In this document: piece by piece, positions 1 to 12,383 of the stretch
Position numbering within the stretch: position 1 is the stretch's first letter
Layout of the letters: the number at the start of each line of letters is the position of its first letter
Source of the DNA: the human T2T-CHM13v2.0 reference genome, Homo sapiens
Assembly (NCBI RefSeq): GCF_009914755.1
Contig: NC_060929.1
Strand: one strand, 5' to 3'
DNA length: 64,000 bases
Position numbers and translations under genes: made by a program
Notes under the pieces: generated by a model
The model's input: only the letters and a program-made list of their open reading frames with translations
Databases searched by the model: none
Told to the model about the DNA's origin: nothing

Positions 1-88
1 CCCATAAAATATTCAAAATATATGTAAAGTCTGGTCCCAAGAGAGTCACGTTTTATATATTTTACTTTGTTGTTATGAGGCTGGTGTT

Positions 89-92
<4 letters not shown>

Positions 93-132
<40 letters not shown>
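93..132. repeat. (TG)20 microsatellite
   Basis: Uninterrupted TG run of 40 bp. Confidence 0.97.
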
Positions 133-133
<1 letters not shown>

Positions 134-639
134 TATATTTATCTAGCACTTGTTTCTGGGGAAGTCACTTAACATTTCTCCAAATCCAGGAAAATAATTC
201 TGTAAAATGTGGTAACTGTAATCAGTTTACTCTAAAGTGCCTTCCAATCTAGAATTCCATGCTTGTTCATTAATTCATCCATTCACTCATTCACTCAGTG
301 ATCTCTTCAAACTACTAGAGCAACTGCTCTCACGTAGGCTCTCTGCATGGCACTGTAGGTACAGAAATGAGAATTACCCTTTTAGACCCCAAGAATTTCA
401 GGGCCCAGTAGGCAAAGTTGATATCCAGGTTGCCATGGGTGTATGGAGCTGAATCCCTAGCATAGCTGGAGGAAAAAGAGAAGATAGGTGATGCAGATAT
501 GGAGAGGAAGATATGTTCATTTACTATTTGAATATAATTCAGTAACGAATTCCTCTGGAAATGTGATAGATCCTCCTCTAGATATAAACTCTGTTCTGGC
601 AGGAAATCACCTCTTCCTTTTGGATCTCTGGTATTAAGA

Positions 640-890
640 GTGGTAGAGTGGGGTGACTAATGACAGAGGCTTTGCTATTAGCTCTGGGTTTGAATCTCAG
701 CTTTAGGGCTTACTATAACGTTTTAGGTAAGAACGATCACTACCTTGAGGTTCTAAGTTTCCTCATCTGTGGACTGGGAATAGTAATATAATTATTGGTA
801 ATTATTTTAAAGGGTTATTTAAATTGATTGAAGAAAATGATGTGTGAAAATCACCTGGCACCTAGTAAGTACTCCTTAAAAGTTAGTTTA
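640..890 (+). mobile_element. MIR SINE relic
   Basis: ctgggtttgaatctcagct ... agtttcctcatctgt ... gggaatagtaata ... cctggcacctagtaagtactc resemble the MIR core and 3' end; ends approximate. Confidence 0.7.
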
Positions 891-914
891 GGGTGTTGGT
901 GGATGTGGTTGTCA

Positions 915-1130
915 TAATTGAAAGAGCATAGGCAGTACCGTCTGACACACTTGAGCTGAAACCCAAGCCCTGCCACTGGCTAGGGGTATGATAGCAGGCA
1001 AATGACTTCATCAGCCCAGCCTCAGCTTCCTTATCAGTGTAATGAGAATAATAATACACACCACGGAGAGTTCTTGCAATGATTTAAGAAGATGGTGTAT
1101 GTAAAGTGATTGGCACATAATAACAGCTAC
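915..1130 (+). mobile_element. MIR SINE relic
   Basis: ccctgccactggctag ... ggcaaatgacttc ... cctcagcttccttatc ... aatgagaataataata; ends approximate. Confidence 0.75.
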
Positions 1131-1253
1131 TTTGGAAGTCATTTCTCTTTCCCTAAGTTCTTTCCATTTGTTTTACGTTGTTCCTCCACTGAAAACTTCT
1201 ATACGGCCTCTCATTTGGCCACTCATTTGTTCTTTGAAGAAAATGGTTTTATA

Positions 1254-1593
<340 letters not shown>

Positions 1594-3984
1594 TCAGGGA
1601 GGCAAGGACCAATATTGTATCTGATTTATCTCATCACCGTCCTTCTGCTTATGGTGGCCCCATTTTAGTGACTGGAGCTCTCTAACCAGGCATAGATGCT
1701 CTCTGCACCTGCCTCTTACTGTTTTTTTTTGTGACAGATTCTCCCCTAGGATATGAATATGTGATAAGTTCAAATGATCTCTGCTCCAGGAACATCAGAG
1801 TCAAACTGGAAAGGAGGGAGTTTTCAGGGAGAACAATTGCCTCTGGAGAGGATGGGTGCTGGAGTGTAGGAAATTGGTGCTAAATCGCCTAGTCTCATTT
1901 CATTCTCATCTCACATGTGTATGTCAGGATCTGTGTCCCCAGTGTGACACCTCCCAGAGATCAACAGTTACTGCTGGGAGAGCCACTGTCTTTTCCCTTG
2001 TCTTCTGCCTCTTTGAACCTCTTTCCTGGCATACATTCCCTGCAACTAGTGGTACTGCTGTTATGATAAATGTGCTATCTATTGTTCTCAAATTTTGGGT
2101 AGTAGTCAAGGGATAATGCAGGTTGATGGGCTTTATTTAGTTTGGTGGTGACATATTTATTTTATTCAATTCAGTTTTTTTTGTGTAATTTAGTTCTATA
2201 GTTAAAGGGACTTTTTAATGTTTGTTAGATGGTTGCATTCTTAAGTCCTTTGTTCTCAGACATTTGATTTCCTATGGTCACTTTTGGAATGAAAATAATA
2301 TCCTAAAAACATAAGCAACAAAATCATGGTCCAAACCAAATTCAAGCCCCTTCTATGCTTTTGAATCCAGGCATTTTGCATGCAATGACTAGGCGAAGGT
2401 ACGGCTCTGGTGGCACGGTCAAGCTTCTGCACCTGCAATTCTTGAATCTAAGCCACAATTGCTGATGTTCCACTGGAAAGGACACACGCTAGAAAGGAGT
2501 GTTAGAAAAAAAAAGTTACTTTTCATTTTTTTGTTTTCTCTCTACCTCAGTGAGTGTACTTGGATGAATTGAAAATAGGTGGGCAATGCTGAACATATAT
2601 TGTAGTCCACTGAGTTCCAGAAAGCTGAACAGAACAACAAGCGAGCATGACTCCACAGGTTATCACATCGAAGTAGATCCAATCGCATTTTATCGTACTA
2701 GATTCTGAAAAATAAAGTGGGACTTATTAATGTGTAACTACATAGTCATTACATATTTGTGCTCTGTAACATACATAATTAGAGTTATACTGACTGTTTA
2801 ATTTATGGTTGGTAGGCACAGTTAAGGCTGTTCAGATAACCATGTACTGCAATTATGTAGTAATTGCTATTCTTTGAGTAAAAGTAGTAACCAATAATGT
2901 GAAAACTGGCAAGTAATTGCCTTATAATTATTTTGGGAAAGGAATTGTTCCAAGTAAAACAACAGAAGATAAACAGATGAATCTTTCATTTGATAGGTGA
3001 TGCTAGCTAGTTATCAGAAGCTCTGCAGTCATATTGAGACAGGTTCCATGCTATTTTTTTCTGTTCTTTTTTTACTTTAAGCAATCTGGGTAGTAGGTTG
3101 ATTTCATAGAACCTAAATGAATCCTACTTATGGCTGTTTTAGTAATTATCATTAGAGATTGCTTTCAAAATGGGGTGCAAGTTAATACAGAGCAGAGCAA
3201 ATCCTCATTTTTTTTTTTTGCTTTTATATCTCTCTTATTTCTTTGATGACAAGTTACCGTTGCTACAAGCAGAGAAGTGAGCTTATCTATCCTGGAAGCC
3301 TTTCAATTTGTTATTTTTAATAATTTCCAGGACAAATCTTTTTATACTTAAACTTTCTTGTTGTGAGATATTCTTTCTAGAAGAGGGCTTAAAAGATTTC
3401 CCTTGGAGATATTCTGATTTGCCATAGCTAATATTTTATTTTGTACTGGAGTGGGTTTGGTAGAAAAAAATAATTCATTTATACAGTCAAGTCCTCTAAA
3501 CGGTCTTACGTTATACAATTGTGAAACTTATTTAAATAATATTTATTTATTTATTCAATCACTCTTCTAATTAGATCAATAGGGAACTTTGTGTTCTCAA
3601 GTTAGTAAAAGAGAGAGAGAAAGAGAGAGAGACGGTTGTAAACTAATTAAGCACATGTTGCTTGAACATTTTTTCTTACTTGCTTCCTATTCCCATTTGA
3701 AATTCAGGTAACCTAATTACATGCATCTTCAGGAACAAAACCAATAGGGATCAATACTCTTTATTTGTTGCTTGAGGTTACTTTAGCCTGTTGTTTTCTT
3801 GAGAAATCCTTGTGTTTCAGGTAATGGCAAAGGCAGTGGGATGTGAATAGCAATTAGACAGAATGCTGAATTTTCTCATGATTCAAATGAACGTGCCAAG
3901 TTGCAATCAATGGACAACTCAGTAAAGGATTAGAGTTTGTGGAGCAGGTGAAGGTATATTAGAGAACTTATTTATTTATTATTT

Positions 3985-4305
3985 GTTATAAAGACCTTAG
4001 CCTATCTGTGTGTACCAAGTTGAACAATTTTCAGATTTACTATTAAGTAGAAAAGACTGGTGAAGAAATGTGTGACTATTATTCTGCCATTGGTGTAAAA
4101 ATTGTGAGCTATTTATTTATGCTTGTTTATATAAACATTAGTGCTAGAAAGATACTCAAGAAACTGGTAGCAAAGTTTGCCCTTGGGAGGAGATCATGGG
4201 GTTGAGATGGGAGGAGATACACTTTTTAATGTTTTATTTATTTACTTTTTACATTTGCATATTTTGCCTCCTTGGAATGTACACTCATACATATGTACAT
4301 ATTTA
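3985..4305 (+). mobile_element. Ancient L1ME-type 3' end fragment
   Basis: ctagaaagatactcaagaaactggtagcaaagtttgcccttgggagg ... gggaggagatacacttttt resembles the L1ME4 3' UTR. Confidence 0.55.
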
Positions 4306-4779
4306 CCTAGATTAGAAGATTACCTGATACCAAGAAATGCTCAGTAAAAATGTGTTATTATGGTTGCTGTTAGTCATCAAAAAGCTGGCCTATGACAAAA
4401 ACTATGATAACACCTGCAATCTCAAGTACACTGTCAAAGATATGCCTGCTAGAAATTACTGATGCTCTGAAAACTCCTCTTCAGAGTCTTGTTGATCTGT
4501 GGATCCCAAAGAGGGATGTAAGGATATTAAATAGCCAACCACTGATGTTTGCACCATACATTACATATGCAAGCCTTTTCTCCCCTGACATCCTTTGCTA
4601 TCATTTTTTGCTGTAAAGACAGCATAAAGTTGTGATCAGTTCCCATCAATTCCAATAACTTTTCTAAGATAGTGAATTGGGAGAATAAGGAGTTTGGAAT
4701 TCCAAAACCTGGAGTAATGACCCAGCTCAGCCATTTGCTAACTCTATGTTTGCAGGCAATCTATGAAGCTTCAAGATGC

Positions 4780-5695
4780 TGCTATGCCTGTGACCCTCTT
4801 CTACGGAGCCCTGAGGTGGTCTTTTAAGCATAATCCCTGGGGTCTGCACTATGTGTCCAGAAAAAAACAATACTGCTATCCTAGTCACAAATGACCAAGT
4901 AGGCATGCAAACCAAGATCAGCCATATATGAGCTGGCTGTGAAGGAAACCAATCACCTCAAAGGCTACTCAACAAAAGTCGGTGGCATGATAGGGCCACT
5001 CAGATGGATGATGCCGATCAGATCCAATCAGACTCTCACTTGTAGGAAGTGGAATTGCTCACAAAATGTGCAGAGAGAGTGGATCCTTTTAGCCCTGGCC
5101 ATATTGAGCAGAAATCTGAGAAAACCACTTTGGCAATGTCTAGCTGGCTCATGGCCTCTGCCTCCCTAAGAGGCAGGGCTATTAGAGGAGGGGTCAGCTC
5201 ATGACCTCTGCCTCCCTAAGAGGAGGGCTATTAGCCCAGAATCAGGAGCCCAATCACAGTTCCTTACCCACATTCACACACACTCTTGGACCCAGCAATC
5301 CTGTCTATCCTGTGTGGCCTTGCCTCACTGGTCATAGCTGATGAGACCAGTAATAGATAGCCGACTTAAATTCCCTACCTTGAATTTAGAATTAGCCACT
5401 TGAACTTCAGACAGGTAAATTATGGATTTGGGGGAAGGGTGGGTGTAGAGCTGTGCAAACAAGCAGGCTGGCCAAGAGCAAAGAATGAAGCAGGTTTGGA
5501 AAGAGTGAAGCAGGAGTGGTGGCATGGATTTCGGAGGCTTTCTCATTCTTGGTTCCAGTTTCTAGATATGGGTTATGTGAGATTCCTTTGTACCCTTAAC
5601 ATTGTACGTTAAAATAGTTTTCCTTTTTCTTTTTAACTTATATTTTATTAAGGGAATTTCCATGATTTACAACCAAGAGAACCATGAATAAGAGA
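4780..5695 (+). mobile_element. Ancient ERVL/MaLR-like LTR relic (family uncertain)
   Basis: Contains gatccaatcagactctc and ends with ttacaaccaagagaaccatgaataaga, typical of LTR16/LTR33/late MLT1 termini; highly diverged. Confidence 0.35.
5147..5234. repeat. Local direct duplication, about 39-bp unit, period 50
   Basis: gctcatggcctctgcctccctaagaggcagggctattag (5147-5185) vs gctcatgacctctgcctccctaagaggagggctattag (5197-5234). Confidence 0.92.
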
Positions 5696-5867
5696 TTTAT
5701 CTTTCTATGCCTCTCAGTTTCAGAAATACTGAGACCTGGAGTAAGATTGTGTGTCCCCAAGGAGGTCACAACTTATAGCTCCACTATTTCTTGCCAAATA
5801 TCCCACTCAGGAGAGTAATCTGTATCTTTCCCCCCATACTCTAGAATTGTTTTATTTTTAATTCTTT

Positions 5868-6112
5868 CATTTATTTTTTTTTTCTTTTTCAACTTTTATT
5901 TCAGAATCAGGGGATTCATGTGCAGGTTTGTTACAAAGATACATTGTGGGATGCTGAAGTTTGGGGTTTTTCAGCCCTTGCTTCCCTCCTTCTCTCCCTC
6001 ATCTAGTAGCCCCAGTGTTTATTGTTTCCAACTTTTTGTCCATGAGTACCTGATGTTTAGTTCCCAATTATAATTGAGAACATGCAGTATTCAGTTTTCT
6101 GTTCTTGCCTTA
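5868..6112 (-). mobile_element. Old L1PA16/L1PB-type 3' end fragment with internal deletion
   Basis: T-rich tail then catgtgcaggtttgttaca ... tgtccatgagtacctgatgtttagttcccaattataattgagaacatgcagtatt. Confidence 0.8.
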
Positions 6113-6328
6113 AATTCTGAAATATTAAACTCTTCTGATACGTTCTAACATCTGTAGAATGGGAATAATAATGCTAACTCCCCCACTCAGGAGCTATTAT
6201 AAAGATTTAAAAAAGGGATCATTATTCTGTTTTTGAACTCCTGTGTGTTCTCAGCAGTCAGCGTAAGTAAGTTGCACTCCCTTGTAGAGGAGCCCATGAA
6301 CAATAATTAAGCGAGAGTAACTCCTGCA

Positions 6329-6947
6329 TATGATAAGCATAATTTTGGTCCCTTTGACCTTTGTACCTGGTGTTACACTCATAAATATGTTACATTACAT
6401 GACAGAAGGGAATTTGCAGGTGAAATTAAAATTATTAGTCAGTTGACCTTAAAACAGGGAGATAATTCTGGATTATCTAGATAGGCCCAGCATAATTACA
6501 TAAGCCCTTAAAAGCAGGAGAGAAAGTCAGAGAGGTGGGAGTCAGAAAAATATGAAGGGTGAGAAGGACTCAGCGCAACATTGCTGGTTTCAGGATGGAG
6601 AGAGACATGGGAAAAGGAATGTGGGTGGTATTTAGGAGCAGATTGTGGCCCTTGATTGACAGCCAGCAAGGAAACAGGAAACTCAGACCAGTAGCCACAA
6701 GAAGTAGAATTCTGCTAATTATCTAAATGAACTTGGAATCAAGTTGTCTCCCAAAACCTTTAGATAAAAAAGCCCAGCCCAGACAACACCTTCATTTTGA
6801 CCTTCTGAGACTCAGAGTAGAGAACCCAGCTAAGCTACACTGGACCTGGAGTTCTGACCCATGCAAACTAGGAGCTAATAACTGGGTGTTGTTTTAAGTC
6901 AGTGAGTTTCTGGTGATTAGTTACTGCAGGGATAGGAAACTAATACA
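6329..6947 (+). mobile_element. MLT1E-type MaLR solo LTR
   Basis: atgttacattacatgacagaagggaatttgcaggtg ... agttgaccttaaaacagggagataattctggattatc ... ending ggaaactaataca. Confidence 0.85.
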
Positions 6948-7135
6948 CTGTCCTAGGCATAGTGCCAAGTCCTTTACAGTCATTCCACTGTAATCATCAA
7001 GAGGCCTTAGGAAGTACGGAGGTCTGTATCAGTTAGAAAGGAGGAAATCAAGGCTCAGATACGCTAATTCGTTCAAAATAATAGAGTTTAGTAATTGGCA
7101 AATCCAGAACTCGAACCCAGATTTATCTGTAAGAG
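6948..7135 (-). mobile_element. MIR relic
   Basis: ggcatagtgccaag ... gaggaaatcaaggctcaga ... gaactcgaacccagatttatctg. Confidence 0.65.
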
Positions 7136-7943
7136 GCTCAAACCAATGTTGTTTACCAAATAAGGTGTCAAATTTTGGCCAACTGAAAATGAGGACTGCC
7201 TCATCATCCTGGTGAGTCTCATGAACCATTATGCCAGGTATATAATTCATCTTATCTCCTTTCTGCTTGCTTTGTGTGAGAGAGAAAAGGAGCCAGACAG
7301 CAGCTCTGCACCTGCAGAAAGTGGCTGCACTGCCCCATAGGACCGATTTAGCCTCAGTCAGCCCGTCACAGCCTGGCTCCCATTCCCTTGGCAACCTGAG
7401 CTCTGTGTCACAGTCAAGGCTCTGAAGCATGAAATGGGGTTTTGTGCTGAAGCCTGAGAGACATGGTGCATGTAGCCTGGTTTGGCTATTCACCCTCTAC
7501 TGTTTGTTTTTAGAGATGAAATAGCACAGGCATGGAAAAGGTCTCCCAGGTCCTCCGTATGAGATGGCAGCCAGCGGTGGAGGCAGGAATACAAATAAGA
7601 TGAAGTAGGGCGGCTCTCTGAACCCCAACCTGTAGTCAACACGTAATATGCAGTGGTCATTCTTGTTATTATTACATCCCTATTACTATATGATTATTTA
7701 AGGGGCATGGAGACAGCTCCCTGACTCCAGAATGGATTGAGTCACAATTAAGGAATCTTTCCATTCTTTAAGACTAATGTCCTATAAAAATTTGTTTTTT
7801 TACCTTCATCATTGATCTCTTGACACCTCTGAAATACACATTGTTATAAGGAAATAGCAAGTAGTTTAAAAGATGTTAGGGATTTTCATTCAATCTAAAT
7901 CTAATCTCCTTAGTAAGGAGAATTTGTGATTCATGCTTTAATA

Positions 7944-8289
7944 CAGCATTTCCCAGGTGTAAAATGAGTACCATTGAAGGAAGTGTATGTGAGATGATTT
8001 TAAGTGATTCATGGGTGAACATATAATTTTAATAGTTATGTATTTTTAATAGGACTTATAAGAAAACATATGTAGTATATTAAGTGCATGATTTCTAATG
8101 AGGCTAAAGTTGGTAGGAGGTAAAAATAATGTGTCAATGAAAAAGAAAATAGTAAGTAGATAATGATCTACTTAATGTTAATATTAAAATACTTAACACT
8201 AAGTACATAATAGTAACATATGGGGGTACAAAGATAGGGAGAGAATATGAAGGCAGTTTGTGGGTGCTGGGAATCTGGGAATCTCTGCT
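7944..8289. mobile_element. hAT-Charlie-type DNA transposon relic
   Basis: Termini cagcatttccca ... tgggaatctctg are rough inverted repeats; internal tgagatgattttaagtg ... ttttaatagttatgtatttt. Confidence 0.45.
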
Positions 8290-9077
8290 TTAATGTGACT
8301 TCTCAGTTCATCAGATCGTTTCCAAAGAGGACATTAGAATAAGAGTAGAGAGAGGATCCTGATCCCCTGAGGAATAAAATGAGTACCAGTAGCTGTGAAT
8401 GTCGTGGCAGCTAAGGAGGGGGTAGAAGGGGTAGAAAGTATAAAAAGCTCCTGACAGAGAAACTTGCGATCATTTGGATCAAGCGTGAATGCCTTCAAAG
8501 TTTTTCCTAGTTCTACCTAGACTGAAGGATAAATGAGTGTGATTTCTGTTGGCCTAAAAGAGTGACTATGGTTTCCAAAATAGCTTTGCCTGAAAGCAGA
8601 CTGTGCACTGAGAGATTCCTTTATTTATTTTTTGATGGCAGAATTTACTTTGGCTCCACCTGAAAGAACAATACTCTTTACACAATGTTGGTGCCAGAAG
8701 GGACCGGATCAACTTCATCATTTTACAGATGAGAATCTTGGAGCATGGAAAAGTTAAATGATTTTTCCAAGGTCTCACAGATAACTAATGCCAAGGCACA
8801 TAGCAGTTGTTTATAAAGGAAAGAATCTGCTACTAATCTTTAGGCATATATTTAGGGAAAAGGTGTTGCAAAGATTTTTATTTGTGGGAATATAAATTGC
8901 TTTTATGCAGCAATAAGGATCTGGGTGAGCTGGCTAATGACCTGTAACCACTCCCTTGCTTGCTGGAGTCACTTCCATTGTATTTCAGAAACAAATATCT
9001 TTTCAAGAAAATACAGAGTTGCTTAAAAGCTATAGGGGATTCCATTACTCCATTAACCATCAATCACAGTCCTAATA

Positions 9078-9156
9078 TTAGGTTGGTGCAAAAGTTATTG
9101 CCGTTTTTACCATTAAAGTAATGGCAAAAACCACATTACTTTTGCACCAACCTATA
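9078..9156. mobile_element. MADE1 (Hsmar1-derived MITE), palindromic
   Basis: ttaggttggtgcaaaagt...acttttgcaccaaccta; 17-bp perfect outer inverted repeat, TA flanks, about 80 bp. Confidence 0.96.
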
Positions 9157-10269
9157 ATAAAAATGAGACCAGTCCATTTCCTCATGGATGCCATCATCTC
9201 AGAAACAAAGATGGAGATAATTCTGTTGGAGTTAAGTCTCTGGTTCTGGCTACTCCCACACCTCTCCCTTTCGTTTGGTGACATGAACTTCTAAGTTCTC
9301 CCTTTAAAGTCTAAGATCTAAGTTTGGGTGGTTTTTGCCACCTGAAATCCAGAATTCCTGCCTCACTCTGCTTCAACAAAGATGGGCGTACTAACCTTAT
9401 ATCTATTCTTCCCTTTATCTAAATTCTTTATATATTGTACTTTCATTTTAGGTTTTTGAGATCTTTCTGGAAATGCACTTTTTTCAAGTATAATTTGGGA
9501 AATAATGATTTTAACGGTCTATCATAAAGGAAATTGTCCCTGTTTGGTCATTTCTACCATGATGGAGAGGCAGGTCATTCAAGACTGTTTTGGGATTTGA
9601 GAGCCAAACATTAACTTACCGTGAAACTTTGCCCAAATGACAACCTCTCAGAGCTTCTGTGTCTCTCTTGTAAGATGAGTATGTGTTATCTGTTTCTCAC
9701 ACATTCCCACCAGGGAGGACTTCAAAATGTTCCACGTTCCTGGACACCATGCACAACGACAAGAAGCAGCTGATTCTGTATATCACTAAGTAGAAATGAT
9801 TAATGAATGCCATTGCAATTGAAGACATTATCTTTAGGTTAGGTTCTGTGGCACTGATGTTCATGGAAAAACTCTAAGAAAATTAACACTGTGGTGAGGG
9901 CTTGAAATTCATCTTGGATGCTGTCTTTTTAATTTAGATCTAAGAAATACTTGATCAAAAACACTTCTGTTCCTTTCTCCTGTTATGCCATTTATGGGAT
10001 AGCTGCTGGGTAAGAGCTGCAACTTACTATTAATGAATAATTAACATTCTACTTAATAACCTGTAGCCTTCTCTTGCCTCTTCTCCCTCTAGCTGTCAGT
10101 GGGTTCTCAACCTTATGCTCTGTTTAACCACACCCCTTCTCAATTTTTTTACTCTGTTATCAAAGCAAGAAGGAATAAAGAATAGGGGATTGGACATGTC
10201 TATCTGCTTGACAGGTTAAGGATTAGGCCAGTCTTACATGTTGGACACAAACAGGAAGGGTCGGGAGGT

Positions 10270-10515
10270 TGCTCATTCATTCAATTGCTGCAGTGTTGAG
10301 ATTAAAATCCTGGAGTTAGACTGTTTCAGTTTATATGCAATTTCTAAATAAGTGAATTTGGAAAATTTGTGTAACCCCTCTGTGCTTCTTTTTTTTTTTT
10401 TGTCTACAAATGTGAATAACAGTGGTACCCATCTTATAAAAGTTTTGTAAGGATTCAGTTAGAAAATGTATACCCTATGGTGGTTTCAGAGTAAGCTTCC
10501 AATAAAAGTTGGCTA
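10270..10515 (+). mobile_element. MIR relic
   Basis: ctggagttagactg ... gtgaatttggaaaatttgtgtaacccctctgtgctt ... agagtaagcttccaataaaagttggctatt. Confidence 0.7.
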
Positions 10516-11390
10516 TTCATTCATTTATTTGTTAATTCATTTAGCAACAACTTATTAATTGCCTATTTATGCCAGTCACTGTACGAAGGAGGATGCAAAC
10601 ATACACGGAAGATAGTGTTTTCTTTAGAGGCTCATCATTTGGATAAGGGTGGGACTGCCAATTCCATAAGCTGGTAATCATAATATAATGGTGGATGTTT
10701 TTGTTCACAGCTATACCATGATATGTTACAAGGTTCCATGAGAGTTTAGGGAAGAAGCCTGATTCAGCCAAGTCTTTACAGAGGAGGCAACTCCTCACCT
10801 GTGCCAAATCCTGAAGGGTGAAGAGGTACTGACTGGACAAGGTGGACATGCCAGGCAGAGAAACTGTATGTCTAAAGGCTTGGTGATGGGAGGCAAGGTC
10901 TGTGTGATTATAACAGTTGAATGTATGAGGCCTGGCCAGGGAGTAGTAAGAAAAACAAGACAGAAATATGGAAATGCCAGATAATGAAATACCATGGCAG
11001 GCCCTTTGGAGGGCTGTTAGCCCAGAATCAGGAGCCTGTGAAGAGCTGTAAGAGTAGAAGGGTGACAGCTTTATTTCATTTTTTTGCCACTGAAGAGAGG
11101 AGTTGGGCAAATATAGTATAGAGCCAATGAACCCAGTTAGAAGGGTTATAATAATCTGGGGTAGTCTAAACTTACTAATAATGGGAACAGAGGACAAGGG
11201 ACAGATTTAAGAAAAATTGAAGACAGAATGGGAGAATTTGGTGTGAATGATGGAATGTGGGATGTCAAGAGTTAAAAACAACTCTGAAATCCTGGCTTAG
11301 GCAGCTGGGTAGATGGTGGTGCCACCAACCGAAATATTTGACAGACAGGAAGCAGGACTGGCTTTAAAGAGAGGATGGAGGCTCATATGT
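10516..11390 (-). mobile_element. L2 LINE 3' fragment
   Basis: attcattcatt... L2 tail in reverse, then tgccagtcactgt ... cctggcttaggcagctgggtagatggtggtgcca. Confidence 0.85.
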
Positions 11391-12036
11391 TAAATTTCAT
11401 GGTCTCCTGACTCTTGATCTTGCCCTACTTTCTCCCATGAAATAGACTGGTTGTGATTTTGATAGTGATATGATGCAAATGAAGGACCCTGCTATGAGGG
11501 GTGGTAAGCAAGACATGGGTGTCAAGTACAGTGATCCTAAGTTAATTAAATTAACTCTCTGTGCAGAAATAAAATCTTTATTTTGTCCAAAAAATTTTCC
11601 ATCAATTTTCAGCTTGTGAAAATAGTATATGTTCATTATAAAAAGAATAAAAGACTAATCCAGTATTGGAGAAAATGAAGGCCATCCTGTAATCCCACTA
11701 TCTAGAGATAACTACACTTGTGTTTTTGGTCTATATCCTTCCAAGCCACTTGTGATGCACACCTAGTTCCTGAGTGTCTTCTGCTGCTCATTATTTTTTA
11801 CGTGATATGTCATCTACAGCTCAGCATATAGGTCTGTTTATAGATCTTTGTCATTCTTTTTAATAGATGAGAGAAATCTTGTATAAATATCATCAGGAAA
11901 AATATTCCAGATGTGAAGTTACTGGCATAGGCATTTACAAATGGCAAATCACATCTTCCTGTTTGATTGATATTTAATAATTGGTAAGATGAGGTTAGTT
12001 AGCCCATGTGATTACATTGCTAATTGGAAGAATATA

Positions 12037-12383
12037 TGTTTTCATTTCCTATGGCTTCTGTAGCAAATGAGCCACAGGCGTCATGGCTTAAAACAGCACA
12101 AATGTATTATCGTACAGTTCTGAAGATCTTTGGCTCCTAGCTGCATCACTGCAGTTTCTGTTTCAGTCACCACATCAAGTTCTCCCTTATATGAACCTCT
12201 TGCCTCTATGTACAGACCATTATGATTATATTGACAGCCCATCTGGATAATCCAGGAGAATATCCCATTTCAAGTCCTTACTTTGTTTGCAGTGCCTCTT
12301 TTGCTATGTAAGGCAACATATTCACAGGTTTTCTGTGTTAGAATTTGGACGTCTTTGTGGGGGCCATTATTCGGCCTATCACC
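12037..12383 (-). mobile_element. MLT1D-type LTR, internally deleted
   Basis: tttcctatggcttctgtagcaaat ... ctggataatccagg ... catattcacagg ... gggggccattattcggcctatcac. Confidence 0.8.

Noticed and set aside
7029-7493. 154-aa minus-strand ORF
   Set aside because: Non-ATG start, ends in a MIR, no recognisable homology or splice structure.
7960-8388. 14-bp direct match taaaatgagtacca
   Set aside because: Short and AT-rich; compatible with chance, and no inserted element is bracketed.
10541-11197. 218-aa minus-strand ORF
   Set aside because: Lies wholly in an L2 relic in its sense orientation; non-ATG start; no gene-like structure.
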